DNA of 44,111 nt, from the IMG/VR virus record IMGVR_UViG_2563366879_000002, positions 1 to 44,111 of that record; one strand, written 5' to 3'. The stretch comes from a virus. Its lineage: Duplodnaviria; Heunggongvirae; Uroviricota; Caudoviricetes. Both the position numbers and the translations under genes were made by a program. Shown one piece after another: positions 29,262 to 41,747 of this stretch. Below the pieces are notes generated by a model. It saw nothing but the letters and a program-made list of their open reading frames with translations, ran no database searches and was not told the origin of the DNA. Numbering within the stretch: position 1 is the stretch's first letter; each line of letters begins with the position of its first letter.

Positions 29262-29642
29262 ATGGCAAAGGCATGGGATATCGAACCGTCAATATTTGCC
29301 GGGATGATTGAGGAAGATGTGGGGCTGAAAATTCGCTACATCGCTATTCAGATTCTTACTGCTATCGATATTGCTGCTCCGGTTGATACCGGGCGTTTCA
29401 GAAATAACAACATGGTGTCGTTACAGCATCCCGATTTTGGTATATCTGATAACGTGGATCCGAACGGTACGATTGCGGTTCAGCGTGGGATCGGGGTTAT
29501 TTCGAAAGCTGCAAATTACGGAATTATTTATATCCAGAATAACCTTCCTTATGCAGAGGCTCTTGAAAACGGTCATTCACAACAAGCGCCAACTGGCGTG
29601 TATGCCAACGCTTTTCATGGTGTTTTACAGGCTTACAAATGA
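29262..29642 (+). CDS. Tail completion / neck protein (126 aa)
   Basis: Position in head-tail joining cluster. Confidence 0.4.
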   Translation: MAKAWDIEPSIFAGMIEEDVGLKIRYIAIQILTAIDIAAPVDTGRFRNNNMVSLQHPDFGISDNVDPNGTIAVQRGIGVISKAANYGIIYIQNNLPYAEALENGHSQQAPTGVYANAFHGVLQAYK

Positions 29643-30031
29643 CGTTTACTGAAATCAGAAATACGGTCATTTCCAGAATGACGGCACAGACGGTTATTAA
29701 TGGAAAAGACGTATTGTATCCGAACGGGCCAACGTTCGATCCTTCCGGTAAGTTAATCTGGGCGCGGTTAAGTAATATTCCCGGGCAGGCTGGAGTTAAT
29801 GAAATTGGCGCGGGGCCGGTTGTTTATCGCACGGGGATAATCATTATTCAGTTATTTGTCCCCGCAGGTTCTGGTTCAAAACTCATTACTGAGACAGCCG
29901 ATAAATTGCGGGAACTGTTTGAGTTTCAGGATGACGACCGTCTCAGTTACCAGGCTGTTTCCTCAATAACCGTTGGCGAAAAGAATGGCTGGTTCCAGCT
30001 TAATCTTCAAATTCCATATCGCGCGCTCTAG
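29639..30031 (+). CDS. Tail terminator-like protein (130 aa)
   Basis: Position immediately upstream of the major tail protein. Confidence 0.4.
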   Translation: MTFTEIRNTVISRMTAQTVINGKDVLYPNGPTFDPSGKLIWARLSNIPGQAGVNEIGAGPVVYRTGIIIIQLFVPAGSGSKLITETADKLRELFEFQDDDRLSYQAVSSITVGEKNGWFQLNLQIPYRAL

Positions 30032-30057
30032 CGCAATTAATGACATAGGAGGCTCCT

Positions 30058-31020
30058 GTGAGTTCAGGTGCAAAGGTTATCTCGGCATTTATCCGGGAGA
30101 CAGTTGCAGGCGCCACACCAGCAAGTGGTGACTGGAGTTTATTAAAACGCACAAGCTGGGGAGTAAAACCCACCCAGAATAAAGGCGAAAATAATGAGAT
30201 TGGTGGCTCCCGGATGGCTCAGGGGGCGACGCCTGGCACTGTGGATGTTGGCGGTGATGTTGGTACCAAATTTCGCTGGGGTCAACATGATGATTTTCTT
30301 GCATCCTGTTTCGGCGCGGAATGGTCAGGTGATTCTCTGACAATGGGGAATGAGCGAATAACATTTTCTCTGGCGACCTATGCGTCCGATGTCGGAATTG
30401 CCTCTGTTGTCAGAGGAGCGCAGGTTGGCTCATGGAAAATGCAGATCCCTAACGACGGCGATATTACGGCGACCGTAACCTTTGCCGGGCTGGACTGGGA
30501 ATCAAAGGCCGATGATACGAATTTTATCAAAGGCGAACCTGTGGATAGTGCAGGAAAGCTACGTTATTCGTTTAAGGAGGTTTCAGCAGTAAGCCTGAAT
30601 GGTGTTGCCGGAGGTAACGGTTTTTGTATCGACAGTTTTGATATTCAGTTCGATAACAAACTCCAGACACAGCGTTGTATCGGGACTGGCTCGCCTTATG
30701 CAGGAGCAAATATTCCGACTACTTTTACACCGTCCGGTACGGTGACGCTTTCATGGTCTAAAGCCGCGTGGGAAATCTGGAGTAAAACACTGACTGGAGA
30801 AACAGTTCCGTTCAGCTTCACGCTTTCGAATGGAGAGGGGGCATACACTTTCAGTTTCCCGAAGGTTCAGGTGTCAGGTGAATGGCCTGATGGGGGTAAT
30901 ACCGACATTATCCAGGTTCAATTGAGCATTACCGCAGCAGATGAAGCACCTACGATAACCAGAAAAAAAGCCTCCCCGGCTGCCGTGATCGCAAAAGCCA
31001 GTGCTGAGGCGATTAGTTGA
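30058..31020 (+). CDS. Major tail (tube) protein (320 aa)
   Basis: Position directly upstream of the G/G-T chaperone pair and tape measure. Confidence 0.6.
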   Translation: MSSGAKVISAFIRETVAGATPASGDWSLLKRTSWGVKPTQNKGENNEIGGSRMAQGATPGTVDVGGDVGTKFRWGQHDDFLASCFGAEWSGDSLTMGNERITFSLATYASDVGIASVVRGAQVGSWKMQIPNDGDITATVTFAGLDWESKADDTNFIKGEPVDSAGKLRYSFKEVSAVSLNGVAGGNGFCIDSFDIQFDNKLQTQRCIGTGSPYAGANIPTTFTPSGTVTLSWSKAAWEIWSKTLTGETVPFSFTLSNGEGAYTFSFPKVQVSGEWPDGGNTDIIQVQLSITAADEAPTITRKKASPAAVIAKASAEAIS

Positions 31021-31068
31021 TTTTCCGTTATTCCCCCTGTGGTACTGCACTACAGGGGGGCGCATTGA

Positions 31069-31530
31069 ATGAGGTTATGGATGTTTATTCTTAATCAGAA
31101 AATTATCATCGGTGGTGAACGCTGGTTTACCCCAATGAAGGACTTAAAACCTGTAGACGGGTTAAAACTGTTGGTGGCAAGCAGCGATAACGATCAGTAT
31201 CGCTCCCGTAATGCATTAATCCGTCGCCACATTGAGAAAATGGATGCCAGTTTGCACGTCGGAACGAAGGAGTTTGATATTGCAAAGGTTTCCGAGGTGG
31301 ATTCTGTTGATGATTTACTCATTGATAATGCTGCTCGTTATCTGCTGAAAGACTGGAAAGGGGTTGGTGAACTGGTTGATGGTGTTGAGGTTGCACTGGA
31401 ATATACGCCAGAACGAGGGATCGCGCTGCTTAAGCAGAATCCGGAGTTGTACTGGCAGATCCTTGCAGAAGCAGTCAGCATCGCCCAGGGTAAAGAGCAG
31501 CAGAAGCAGGATACGATAAAAAAGCCATAG
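31069..31530 (+). CDS. G: Tail assembly chaperone G (153 aa)
   Basis: Position upstream of tape measure; ends with slippery heptamer A-AAA-AAG. Confidence 0.7.
   Translation: MRLWMFILNQKIIIGGERWFTPMKDLKPVDGLKLLVASSDNDQYRSRNALIRRHIEKMDASLHVGTKEFDIAKVSEVDSVDDLLIDNAARYLLKDWKGVGELVDGVEVALEYTPERGIALLKQNPELYWQILAEAVSIAQGKEQQKQDTIKKP
31518..31524 (+). other. Programmed -1 ribosomal frameshift slippery heptamer A AAA AAG at the 3-prime end of G
   Basis: Zero-frame codons ATA-AAA-AAG-CCA-TAG; the -1 frame is open from 31524 to the stop at 31836-31838 and coincides with the frame of ORF 31605..31838. Confidence 0.7.
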
Positions 31531-31838
31531 CCGCCCAGCGGTGGTTATCGGAGTTCGGGGGAGAAAAGGGTGAAAAGGCAAGATGGAAGCGAGAAAAACT
31601 CAGGTTGCCACCGATACCGGAACCAGAAATAGACCCGGTGCTTAAGGAATTGTTGTACGCCTATTCGGTAATATCCCGTGCCCGACGTTATGCTGGAATG
31701 ACTGGGGTGCCTTTGCCTTTATCTCTGACAGAGATAAATGAATATTTAGCCACTCATCCGGTATTGATTGAGCGCGATGAATTTGAAGCAGTGATCTTTG
31801 CACTGGATGACCAGTATTTTCAGGAGCAGTGTGTGTAG
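31524..31838 (+). CDS. T-domain extension of the G-T fusion tail assembly chaperone (made by -1 frameshift from G)
   Basis: Open -1 frame continuous from the slippery site; conserved lambda-like G/G-T arrangement. Confidence 0.65.
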   Translation, partial: AIAAQRWLSEFGGEKGEKARWKREKLRLPPIPEPEIDPVLKELLYAYSVISRARRYAGMTGVPLPLSLTEINEYLATHPVLIERDEFEAVIFALDDQYFQEQCV

Positions 31839-32001
31839 TTGTTAATTACGTACACTCTGTTACAGAGATGTGATGGTGTCTTTAATTAAATCGATGATGC
31901 TCCTGGAGAAAAGCATTGCGTGGCCTCGTAATCGCTATATCTACTATTATGTCGCCTGAAACCCACTTCGGTGGGTTTTTTGTTGTCAGGAGTTTTAATG
32001 A

Positions 32002-35000
32002 ATGGCAGAGCAAACCTCGCGTCTCGCAATAATTATTGATAGCACTGGAGCGAAAAATAATGCTGACAATCTGGCCTCCTCATTAGTCAAAATGACGCAG
32101 GCTGGGGAAACTGCTGCAAATAGCGCAGGGAAAGTGACTAAGGCAACAGAAGATGAGAAGAACGCGCTCGCAAAATTAAAAGCAGCTATTGATCCAGTTG
32201 GTGCCGCAATTGATACTGTCGGTCGACGCTATTCTGAATTAAAGAAATTTTTCGATAAAGGGCTTATTGATAAAGAAGAATATGAATTTCTTGTCCGTAA
32301 ACTTAATGAAACCACAGAGGAATTGAGCGGGGTTGCGCAAGCGCAGAGAGAAGCCGAGAAGGCCGGAAAACTTGCTGCCGCCCAGCAGGAAGCGCAGGCT
32401 CAGGCCTTTCAAAGAATGCTGGACAAGATCGACCCTCTGGCTGCGGCGCTAAGAAATCTTGAACAACAGCAGGATGAACTTAATGCTGCGTTTGCATCCG
32501 GGAAAATAAATGGTTCTCAGTTTGAGAATTATAGCCGAAAAATACAGGAAACACGGCGAGAGCTTACCGGAGAGGCTCAGGCAGAGCGAGAAGCAGCAAA
32601 AGCACATGATGAACAGGTTGCTGCTTTGCAACGTCTGATTGCTCAACTTGATCCTGTCGGAACTGCTTTTAATCGTCTGGTAGAACAACAGAAACAGCTC
32701 AATGAAGCAAAAGCTAAGGGGATGCTTTCTCCTGAAATGTATGAGGAGCTCTCTGGAAAACTTCGTGCTATGCGGAGTGAGCTTGAGGTTACTCAATCGC
32801 AATTAAGCAAAACCGGAATGTCGGCAAAACAAACGGCTTTTGCTATGCGCATGTTGCCTGCACAAATGACGGATATTGTTGTTGGGTTGTCCACTGGTCA
32901 GTCGCCATTTATGGTGTTAATGCAGCAGGGCGGCCAGCTAAAAGATATGTTCGGTGGGATTGGCCCGGCGATCAAAGGTGTAGGTTCTTATGTGCTGGGA
33001 TTAATTAATCCTTTTACCCTGGCCGCAGCAGCCGTTGGCGTCTTAGGGCTGGCTTACTATAAAGGCTCTCAGGAGCAGGACGAATTTAATAAATCTCTTA
33101 TTCTTACCGGAAATCAGTTGGGGACAACCAGCGGGCAATTGGCCGATATAGCTCAACGTGCCGGGAATGCGGCTGATTCGACAACTGGCGCTGCGGCGGC
33201 AGTATTAAACCAGCTTGTGCGTTCGGGAAAGGTAGCGAGCAGTTCGCTGGAGCAAGTGACGACAGCGATAGTAAAAACGAGCGAAGTAACAGGAATATCA
33301 ACCGAACAACTGGTTAATGACTTCAATGAAATTGCAAAGGATCCTGTCAGTGCTATATCAAAACTTAATGATCAGTACCATTTTCTGACACTTGCGACTT
33401 ATAACCAGATTAAGGCGCTACAGGATGAAGGGAACCAGCAGGAGGCCGCCCGCATTGCGACAGAAGCATACTCATCCTCAATGATCCAGCGCACCAACCA
33501 GATTAAAGAAAATCTTGGTTATCTTGAGACTGCATGGAAAGCTGTCGCAGACTCCGCAAAATGGGCATGGGATTCCATGCTGGATATTGGCCGTGAGGCC
33601 TCCCTTGATCAAAAAATCTCAGATGTTCTCCGTCAAATTGATGAAATAGAAAAAAATACCCGACCCGGAGTTTTCGGGTTAGGTGGCATTGGAGATGGCG
33701 GAGCTCAAAATAAAAAGCTGGCACGATTAAAGCAGCAATTGGGCGTACTTCAAGCAGAAAAAATTGCTCAGGACGTACTAAATTCATCAATAAACGATTA
33801 CAACAAGCGACAACAGGAAGGAATTGAACTCAGACAGAGAGCAGATGCTTTTTCAAAACAATATCAGACCCGGGAGCAGCAGAGAGCTAGTGAACTTGCA
33901 AAACTGGAAAAGCTAAAGAATCAGTATTCAAAGGAAGAATATAATAATCTTATCGCTCAAATAAATGAGCGTTATAAAGATCCAAAGCAACCAAAGGCGA
34001 AAGGTTATTCGGATGATGCTGCCCAACGAATGATTGATCATCTGAATCAACAGAATGCGTTACTAAGTTCACAAGCTGAATTGACCGTTAAATTAAGTTC
34101 CTCTGAACAGGAACTGGTTAAGTGGCGTCAGCAGATTGCCGACCTGGAGTCACGACCGTCATCGAAATTAACCCAGGATCAGAAATCGCTTCTCTTACAC
34201 CGGGAAGAAATAACCGCGTTGATGGAGAAAAATGTTGCGATTGAAAAAAATAACAGGCTAATCAAGGAATCCGCCGAAATAGCTGCATGGCGTGATTCAT
34301 TGCAGGCTTCGATTGATAATCGTCAACAGGGGTATGACATTCAGATTGCTGGTTATGGGGTTGGCGATAAAAATCAGCAACGCCAGCAGGAATTACTGCG
34401 GATTGAACGTGAATATAACAATCAGCGTCTGCAACTTGAACGTGACTATGCAGATAAATCCCGTGGAATGTCAAATCATGTTTTTCAGGAGAAAATGCAG
34501 GCTCTGAATGATGCTCTGGAACGAGAAAAAGAAATTGTCAGCCAGATAAACGAGCAGCTCGATATTCAGGCAGGAGACTGGATTAGTGGTGCCTCCCAGG
34601 GATTCAATAACTGGCTGGATGACACTAAGGATATCGGTGCGCAGATAAAATCAACCACGACTCAGATGTTTGATGGGATGACCGATGCGCTAGGTGATTT
34701 TGTCACGACAGGCAAGGCAAATTTTCGTTCTTTCGCTACTTCCGTGATTTCGGATCTTAGTCGAATTGCATTAAAGGCTTCAATTACTGGGATTTTCGAC
34801 AGCATTAGTAACAGTTCTTCTGGGGGTATTTTAGGAACTATCGGGAGTGCTATTAGTAAATTTATTCCGAATGCAAAGGGCGGTGTTTATGAGTCTCCGT
34901 CATTGAGTACATATTCGAACGGTATTTATGACTCCCCGCAATTTTTTGCTTTTGCAAAAGGAGCTGGTGTTTTTGGTGAGGCTGGACCGGAAGCTATTAT

Positions 35001-35235
35001 GCCATTAACGCGAACTTCCGATGGTTCTCTTGGTGTCAGAGCTATTAATAGTAAAAGTGGTAATGGAGGCAGAGATATTACTTATGCCCCTGTATACCAA
35101 ATCACTATTCAAAATGACGGCCAGAATGGAGAGATTGGTCCTCAGGCAATAAAAGCACTTATGGGGATGGTTGATCAGCGGGTGCAGGGCGCTCTGTTAA
35201 ATATGCGACGTGATGGAGGAATGTTAAGTGGCTAA
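32002..35235 (+). CDS. H: Tail tape measure protein (1077 aa)
   Basis: Very long Ala/Gln/Glu-rich coiled-coil protein following the G/G-T chaperones. Confidence 0.9.
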   Translation: MAEQTSRLAIIIDSTGAKNNADNLASSLVKMTQAGETAANSAGKVTKATEDEKNALAKLKAAIDPVGAAIDTVGRRYSELKKFFDKGLIDKEEYEFLVRKLNETTEELSGVAQAQREAEKAGKLAAAQQEAQAQAFQRMLDKIDPLAAALRNLEQQQDELNAAFASGKINGSQFENYSRKIQETRRELTGEAQAEREAAKAHDEQVAALQRLIAQLDPVGTAFNRLVEQQKQLNEAKAKGMLSPEMYEELSGKLRAMRSELEVTQSQLSKTGMSAKQTAFAMRMLPAQMTDIVVGLSTGQSPFMVLMQQGGQLKDMFGGIGPAIKGVGSYVLGLINPFTLAAAAVGVLGLAYYKGSQEQDEFNKSLILTGNQLGTTSGQLADIAQRAGNAADSTTGAAAAVLNQLVRSGKVASSSLEQVTTAIVKTSEVTGISTEQLVNDFNEIAKDPVSAISKLNDQYHFLTLATYNQIKALQDEGNQQEAARIATEAYSSSMIQRTNQIKENLGYLETAWKAVADSAKWAWDSMLDIGREASLDQKISDVLRQIDEIEKNTRPGVFGLGGIGDGGAQNKKLARLKQQLGVLQAEKIAQDVLNSSINDYNKRQQEGIELRQRADAFSKQYQTREQQRASELAKLEKLKNQYSKEEYNNLIAQINERYKDPKQPKAKGYSDDAAQRMIDHLNQQNALLSSQAELTVKLSSSEQELVKWRQQIADLESRPSSKLTQDQKSLLLHREEITALMEKNVAIEKNNRLIKESAEIAAWRDSLQASIDNRQQGYDIQIAGYGVGDKNQQRQQELLRIEREYNNQRLQLERDYADKSRGMSNHVFQEKMQALNDALEREKEIVSQINEQLDIQAGDWISGASQGFNNWLDDTKDIGAQIKSTTTQMFDGMTDALGDFVTTGKANFRSFATSVISDLSRIALKASITGIFDSISNSSSGGILGTIGSAISKFIPNAKGGVYESPSLSTYSNGIYDSPQFFAFAKGAGVFGEAGPEAIMPLTRTSDGSLGVRAINSKSGNGGRDITYAPVYQITIQNDGQNGEIGPQAIKALMGMVDQRVQGALLNMRRDGGMLSG

Positions 35236-35566
35236 TACGGAAGAATTTTACTGGTTACCAGAGGATGGAATGAAAACAGAAAATAAGCCATCGATAAAAA
35301 CTGTAAGATTTGGCGATGGTTATGAACAACGAAGCCCAAACGGACTTAATCATTCTCTGCGTGTTTTTACCTGTGATTTCAGGGTTGAGGCGAATGAACG
35401 TAATTCATTTGAACTGTTTCTGGCTCGGCATGGAGGCTATAAATCTTTTTTTTGGCGCCCGCCGGGTATTAACAGAAAAATCAGAGTGGTGTGTCGAACG
35501 TGGTCAGCGACAGAACATATCACCTATACCGATTTTTCGTGTCAGTTTGACGAAGTGGTGAGCTGA
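35228..35566 (+). CDS. M: Minor tail protein M (112 aa, GTG start overlapping H stop)
   Basis: Recognisable similarity to lambda M ([25 protein letters not shown], ending FDEVVS). Confidence 0.85.
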   Translation: MANTEEFYWLPEDGMKTENKPSIKTVRFGDGYEQRSPNGLNHSLRVFTCDFRVEANERNSFELFLARHGGYKSFFWRPPGINRKIRVVCRTWSATEHITYTDFSCQFDEVVS

Positions 35567-36264
35567 TGCAGGACATACGACAGGAAACACATCATGAGAC
35601 GACACGCCTCACTCAGTCAGCCCAGGTGGTGCTATGGGAAATCGATCTGGCAGAGGTCGGTGGTGAACGTTATTTTTTCTGTAATGAGCAGAACGAAAAA
35701 GGTGAGCCGGTTATCTGGCAGGGGCGGCAGTATCAGGTATACCCCATTCAGGGGACGGGATTTGAACTGAACGGCAAGGGCAGTGCTGCCCGTCCGACAC
35801 TGACGGTTTCTAACCTGCACGGCATGGTCACCGGGATGGCGGAAGACCTGCAGAGTCTGGTCGGAGGAACGGTGGTCCGGCGTAAGGTTTACGCCCGTTT
35901 TCTGGATGCGGTGAACTTCGTCAACGGAAACAGTGACGCCGATCCGGAGCAGGAGGTGATTAGCCGCTGGCGCATCGAGCAGTGCAGCGAACTGAGCGCG
36001 GTGAGTGCCTCTTTTGTACTGTCCACGCCGACGGAAACGGACGGTGCCGTTTTTCCGGGACGTATCATGCTGGCCAACACCTGCACCTGGACCTATCGCG
36101 GTGATGAGTGCGGTTATCACGGTCCGGCGGTCGCGGATGAATATGATCAGCCGACGTCCGATATCACGAAGGATAAATGCAGCAAATGCCTGAGCGGCTG
36201 TAAGTTTCGCAATAACGTCGGCAACTTTGGCGGCTTCCTTTCCATTAACAAACTTTCGCAGTGA
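35566..36264 (+). CDS. L: Minor tail protein L (232 aa), nearly identical to lambda L
   Basis: MQDIRQET...VVLWEIDL..VGGERYFFCNEQNEKGEPV...CSKCLSGCKFRNNVGNFGGFLSINKLSQ matches remembered lambda L. Confidence 0.9.
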   Translation: MQDIRQETHHETTRLTQSAQVVLWEIDLAEVGGERYFFCNEQNEKGEPVIWQGRQYQVYPIQGTGFELNGKGSAARPTLTVSNLHGMVTGMAEDLQSLVGGTVVRRKVYARFLDAVNFVNGNSDADPEQEVISRWRIEQCSELSAVSASFVLSTPTETDGAVFPGRIMLANTCTWTYRGDECGYHGPAVADEYDQPTSDITKDKCSKCLSGCKFRNNVGNFGGFLSINKLSQ

Positions 36265-37013
36265 ATCCCATGACAGAGACAGAATCAGCGATTCTGGCGC
36301 ACGCCCGGCGATGTGCGCCAGCGGAGTCGTGCGGCTTCGTGGTGAGAACACCGGAGGGGGAAAAATATTTTCCCTGCGTGAATATCTCCGGTGAGCCGGA
36401 GGAGTATTTCCGGATGTCGCCGGAGGACTGGCTGCGGGCAGAGATGCAGGGTGAGATTGTGGCGCTGGTCCACAGCCACCCCGGTGGTCTGCCCTGGCTG
36501 AGTGAGACCGACCGGCGGCTGCAGGTGCAGAGTGATTTGCCGTGGTGGCTGGTTTGCCGGGGGGCGATTCACAAGTTCCGCTGTGTGCCACATCTTTCCG
36601 GGCGGCGCTTTGAGCACGGGGTGACGGACTGTTACACGCTGTTCCGGGATGCTTACCATCTGGCGGGGATTGAGATGCCGGATTTTCATCGCGAGGATGA
36701 CTGGTGGCGTAACGGTCAGAATCTCTATCTGGATAATCTGGAGGCCACAGGGCTGTATCAGGTGCCGTTGTCAGCGGCGCAGCCGGGCGATGTGCTGCTG
36801 TGCTGTTTTGGTTCATCGGTGCCGAATCATGCCGCCATTTACTGTGGTGACAGCGAGCTGCTGCACCATATTCCTGAACAACTGAGCAAACGAGAGAGGT
36901 ACACCGACAAATGGCAGCGACGCACACACTCCCTCTGGCGTCACCGGGCATGGCACGCATCTGCCTTTACGGGGATTTACAACGATTTGGCCGCCGCATC
37001 GACCTTCGAGTGA
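36261..37013 (+). CDS. K: Tail assembly protein K (JAMM/MPN plus NlpC/P60-like), 250 aa from GTG/ATG near 36261-36270; lambda-annotated start would correspond to 36414
   Basis: Matches remembered lambda K; MPN-type motif HSHPGGLPWLSETD. Confidence 0.85.
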   Translation: MNPMTETESAILAHARRCAPAESCGFVVRTPEGEKYFPCVNISGEPEEYFRMSPEDWLRAEMQGEIVALVHSHPGGLPWLSETDRRLQVQSDLPWWLVCRGAIHKFRCVPHLSGRRFEHGVTDCYTLFRDAYHLAGIEMPDFHREDDWWRNGQNLYLDNLEATGLYQVPLSAAQPGDVLLCCFGSSVPNHAAIYCGDSELLHHIPEQLSKRERYTDKWQRRTHSLWRHRAWHASAFTGIYNDLAAASTFE

Positions 37014-37558
37014 AAACGGGGTCCGAAGCCATCCGGGCGCTGGCCATGCAGATCCCGGCGTTTCGTCAGAAACTGAGCGACGGCTGGTACCAGGTACGCA
37101 TTGCCGGGCGTGATGCAGGTGAAACCGAATTGTCTGCCCGTCTTAATGAGCCGCTGGCAAATGGTGCCGTGATCCACATCGTGCCGCGTCTGGCGGGAGC
37201 TAAAAGTGGCGGTGTGTTTCAGGTGGTGCTGGGGGCGGCGCTGATTGCGGTGGCATGGTGGAACCCTGTGGGCTGGCTGGGTGCCGCGGCTGTATCGGGC
37301 ATGTATGCGGCAGGGGCCAGTATGATCCTGGGCGGAGTGGCGCAGATGCTGGCACCGAAAGCCAGGACGCCCACGGCAGCAAGTACAGATAACGGCAAAC
37401 AGAACACCTATTTCTCCTCACTGGATAACATGGTTGCCCAGGGCAATGTTCTGCCCGTTCTGTACGGTGAAATGCGCGTGGGGTCGCGGGTGGTTTCTCA
37501 GGAGATCAGCACGGCAGACGAAGGGGATGGTGGTCAGGTTGTGGTGATTGGTCGCTGA
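36911..37558 (+). CDS. I: Tail assembly protein I (215 aa)
   Basis: MAATHTLPLASPGMARICLYGDLQRFGRRIDLRVKTG... matches remembered lambda I; overlaps the 3-prime end of K. Confidence 0.85.
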   Translation: MAATHTLPLASPGMARICLYGDLQRFGRRIDLRVKTGSEAIRALAMQIPAFRQKLSDGWYQVRIAGRDAGETELSARLNEPLANGAVIHIVPRLAGAKSGGVFQVVLGAALIAVAWWNPVGWLGAAAVSGMYAAGASMILGGVAQMLAPKARTPTAASTDNGKQNTYFSSLDNMVAQGNVLPVLYGEMRVGSRVVSQEISTADEGDGGQVVVIGR

Positions 37559-37615
37559 TGAAAAACGTTTTATGTGAAACCGCCTCCGGGCGGTTTTGTC
37601 GTTTATGGAGCGTGA

Positions 37616-41017
<3,402 letters not shown>

Positions 41018-41034
41018 ATTTTATAACCCATATA

Positions 41035-41062
41035 CGGGCACCAGAAATGGTGCCTTTTTTTT
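41035..41062 (+). terminator. Rho-independent terminator after J (GGCACC-AGAAAT-GGTGCC followed by T8)
   Basis: Seen in sequence; coordinates approximate. Confidence 0.6.
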
Positions 41063-41083
41063 GCAGAAAAGCGAGAGGTAATT

Positions 41084-41683
41084 ATGCGTAAACTTTATGC
41101 AGCCATTTTGTCCGCAGCCATTTGCCTGGCCGTATCCGGTGCGCCTGCATGGGCGTCTGAACATCAGTCCACGCTGAGCGCGGGGTATCTTCATGCCCGG
41201 ACGAACGTTCCCGGCAGTGATGATCTGAACGGGATTAACGTGAAATACCGTTATGAGTTTACGGACACACTGGGGATGGTGACGTCGTTCAGCTATGCAG
41301 GAGACAAGAATCGCCAGCTGACCCATTACAGCGATACCCGCTGGCATGAAGATTCCGTGCGTAACCGCTGGTTCAGCGTGATGGCGGGGCCGTCTGTACG
41401 CGTGAATGAATGGTTCAGCGCGTATGCGATGGCAGGCGTGGCTTACAGCCGTGTGTCGACTTTCTCCGGGGATTATCTCCGCGTAACTGACAACAAGGGA
41501 AAAACGCACGACGTGCTGACCGGAAGTGATGACGCTCGCCACAGTAACACCTCTCTGGCGTGGGGAGCTGGCGTGCAGTTTAACCCGACCGAATCCGTGG
41601 CCGTTGATGTCGCTTATGAAGGCTCCGGCAGTGGCGACTGGCGCACTGACGGTTTCATCGTGGGTGTCGGTTATAAGTTCTGA
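41084..41683 (+). CDS. lom: Lom-like outer membrane beta-barrel protein (Ail/Lom family), 199 aa, with signal peptide
   Basis: Signal peptide AAILSAAICLAVSGAPAWA; C-terminal VDVAYEGSGSGDWRTDGFIVGVGYKF matches remembered lambda Lom. Confidence 0.85.
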   Translation: MRKLYAAILSAAICLAVSGAPAWASEHQSTLSAGYLHARTNVPGSDDLNGINVKYRYEFTDTLGMVTSFSYAGDKNRQLTHYSDTRWHEDSVRNRWFSVMAGPSVRVNEWFSAYAMAGVAYSRVSTFSGDYLRVTDNKGKTHDVLTGSDDARHSNTSLAWGAGVQFNPTESVAVDVAYEGSGSGDWRTDGFIVGVGYKF

Positions 41684-41708
41684 TTAGCCAGGTAACACAG
41701 TGTTATGA

Positions 41709-41737
41709 CAGCCCGCCGGTTCAGGCGGGCTTTTTTG
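41709..41737 (+). terminator. Rho-independent terminator after lom (GCCCGCC-GGTTCA-GGCGGGC followed by TTTTTT)
   Basis: Seen in sequence; coordinates approximate. Confidence 0.65.
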
Positions 41738-41747
41738 TGGGGTGAAT

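Noticed and set aside
35632-36960. 442-aa minus-strand ORF spanning the L and K genes
   Set aside because: Low-complexity Pro/Ala/Arg/Ser-rich translation antisense to strongly recognisable lambda-like L and K; typical GC-rich shadow ORF.
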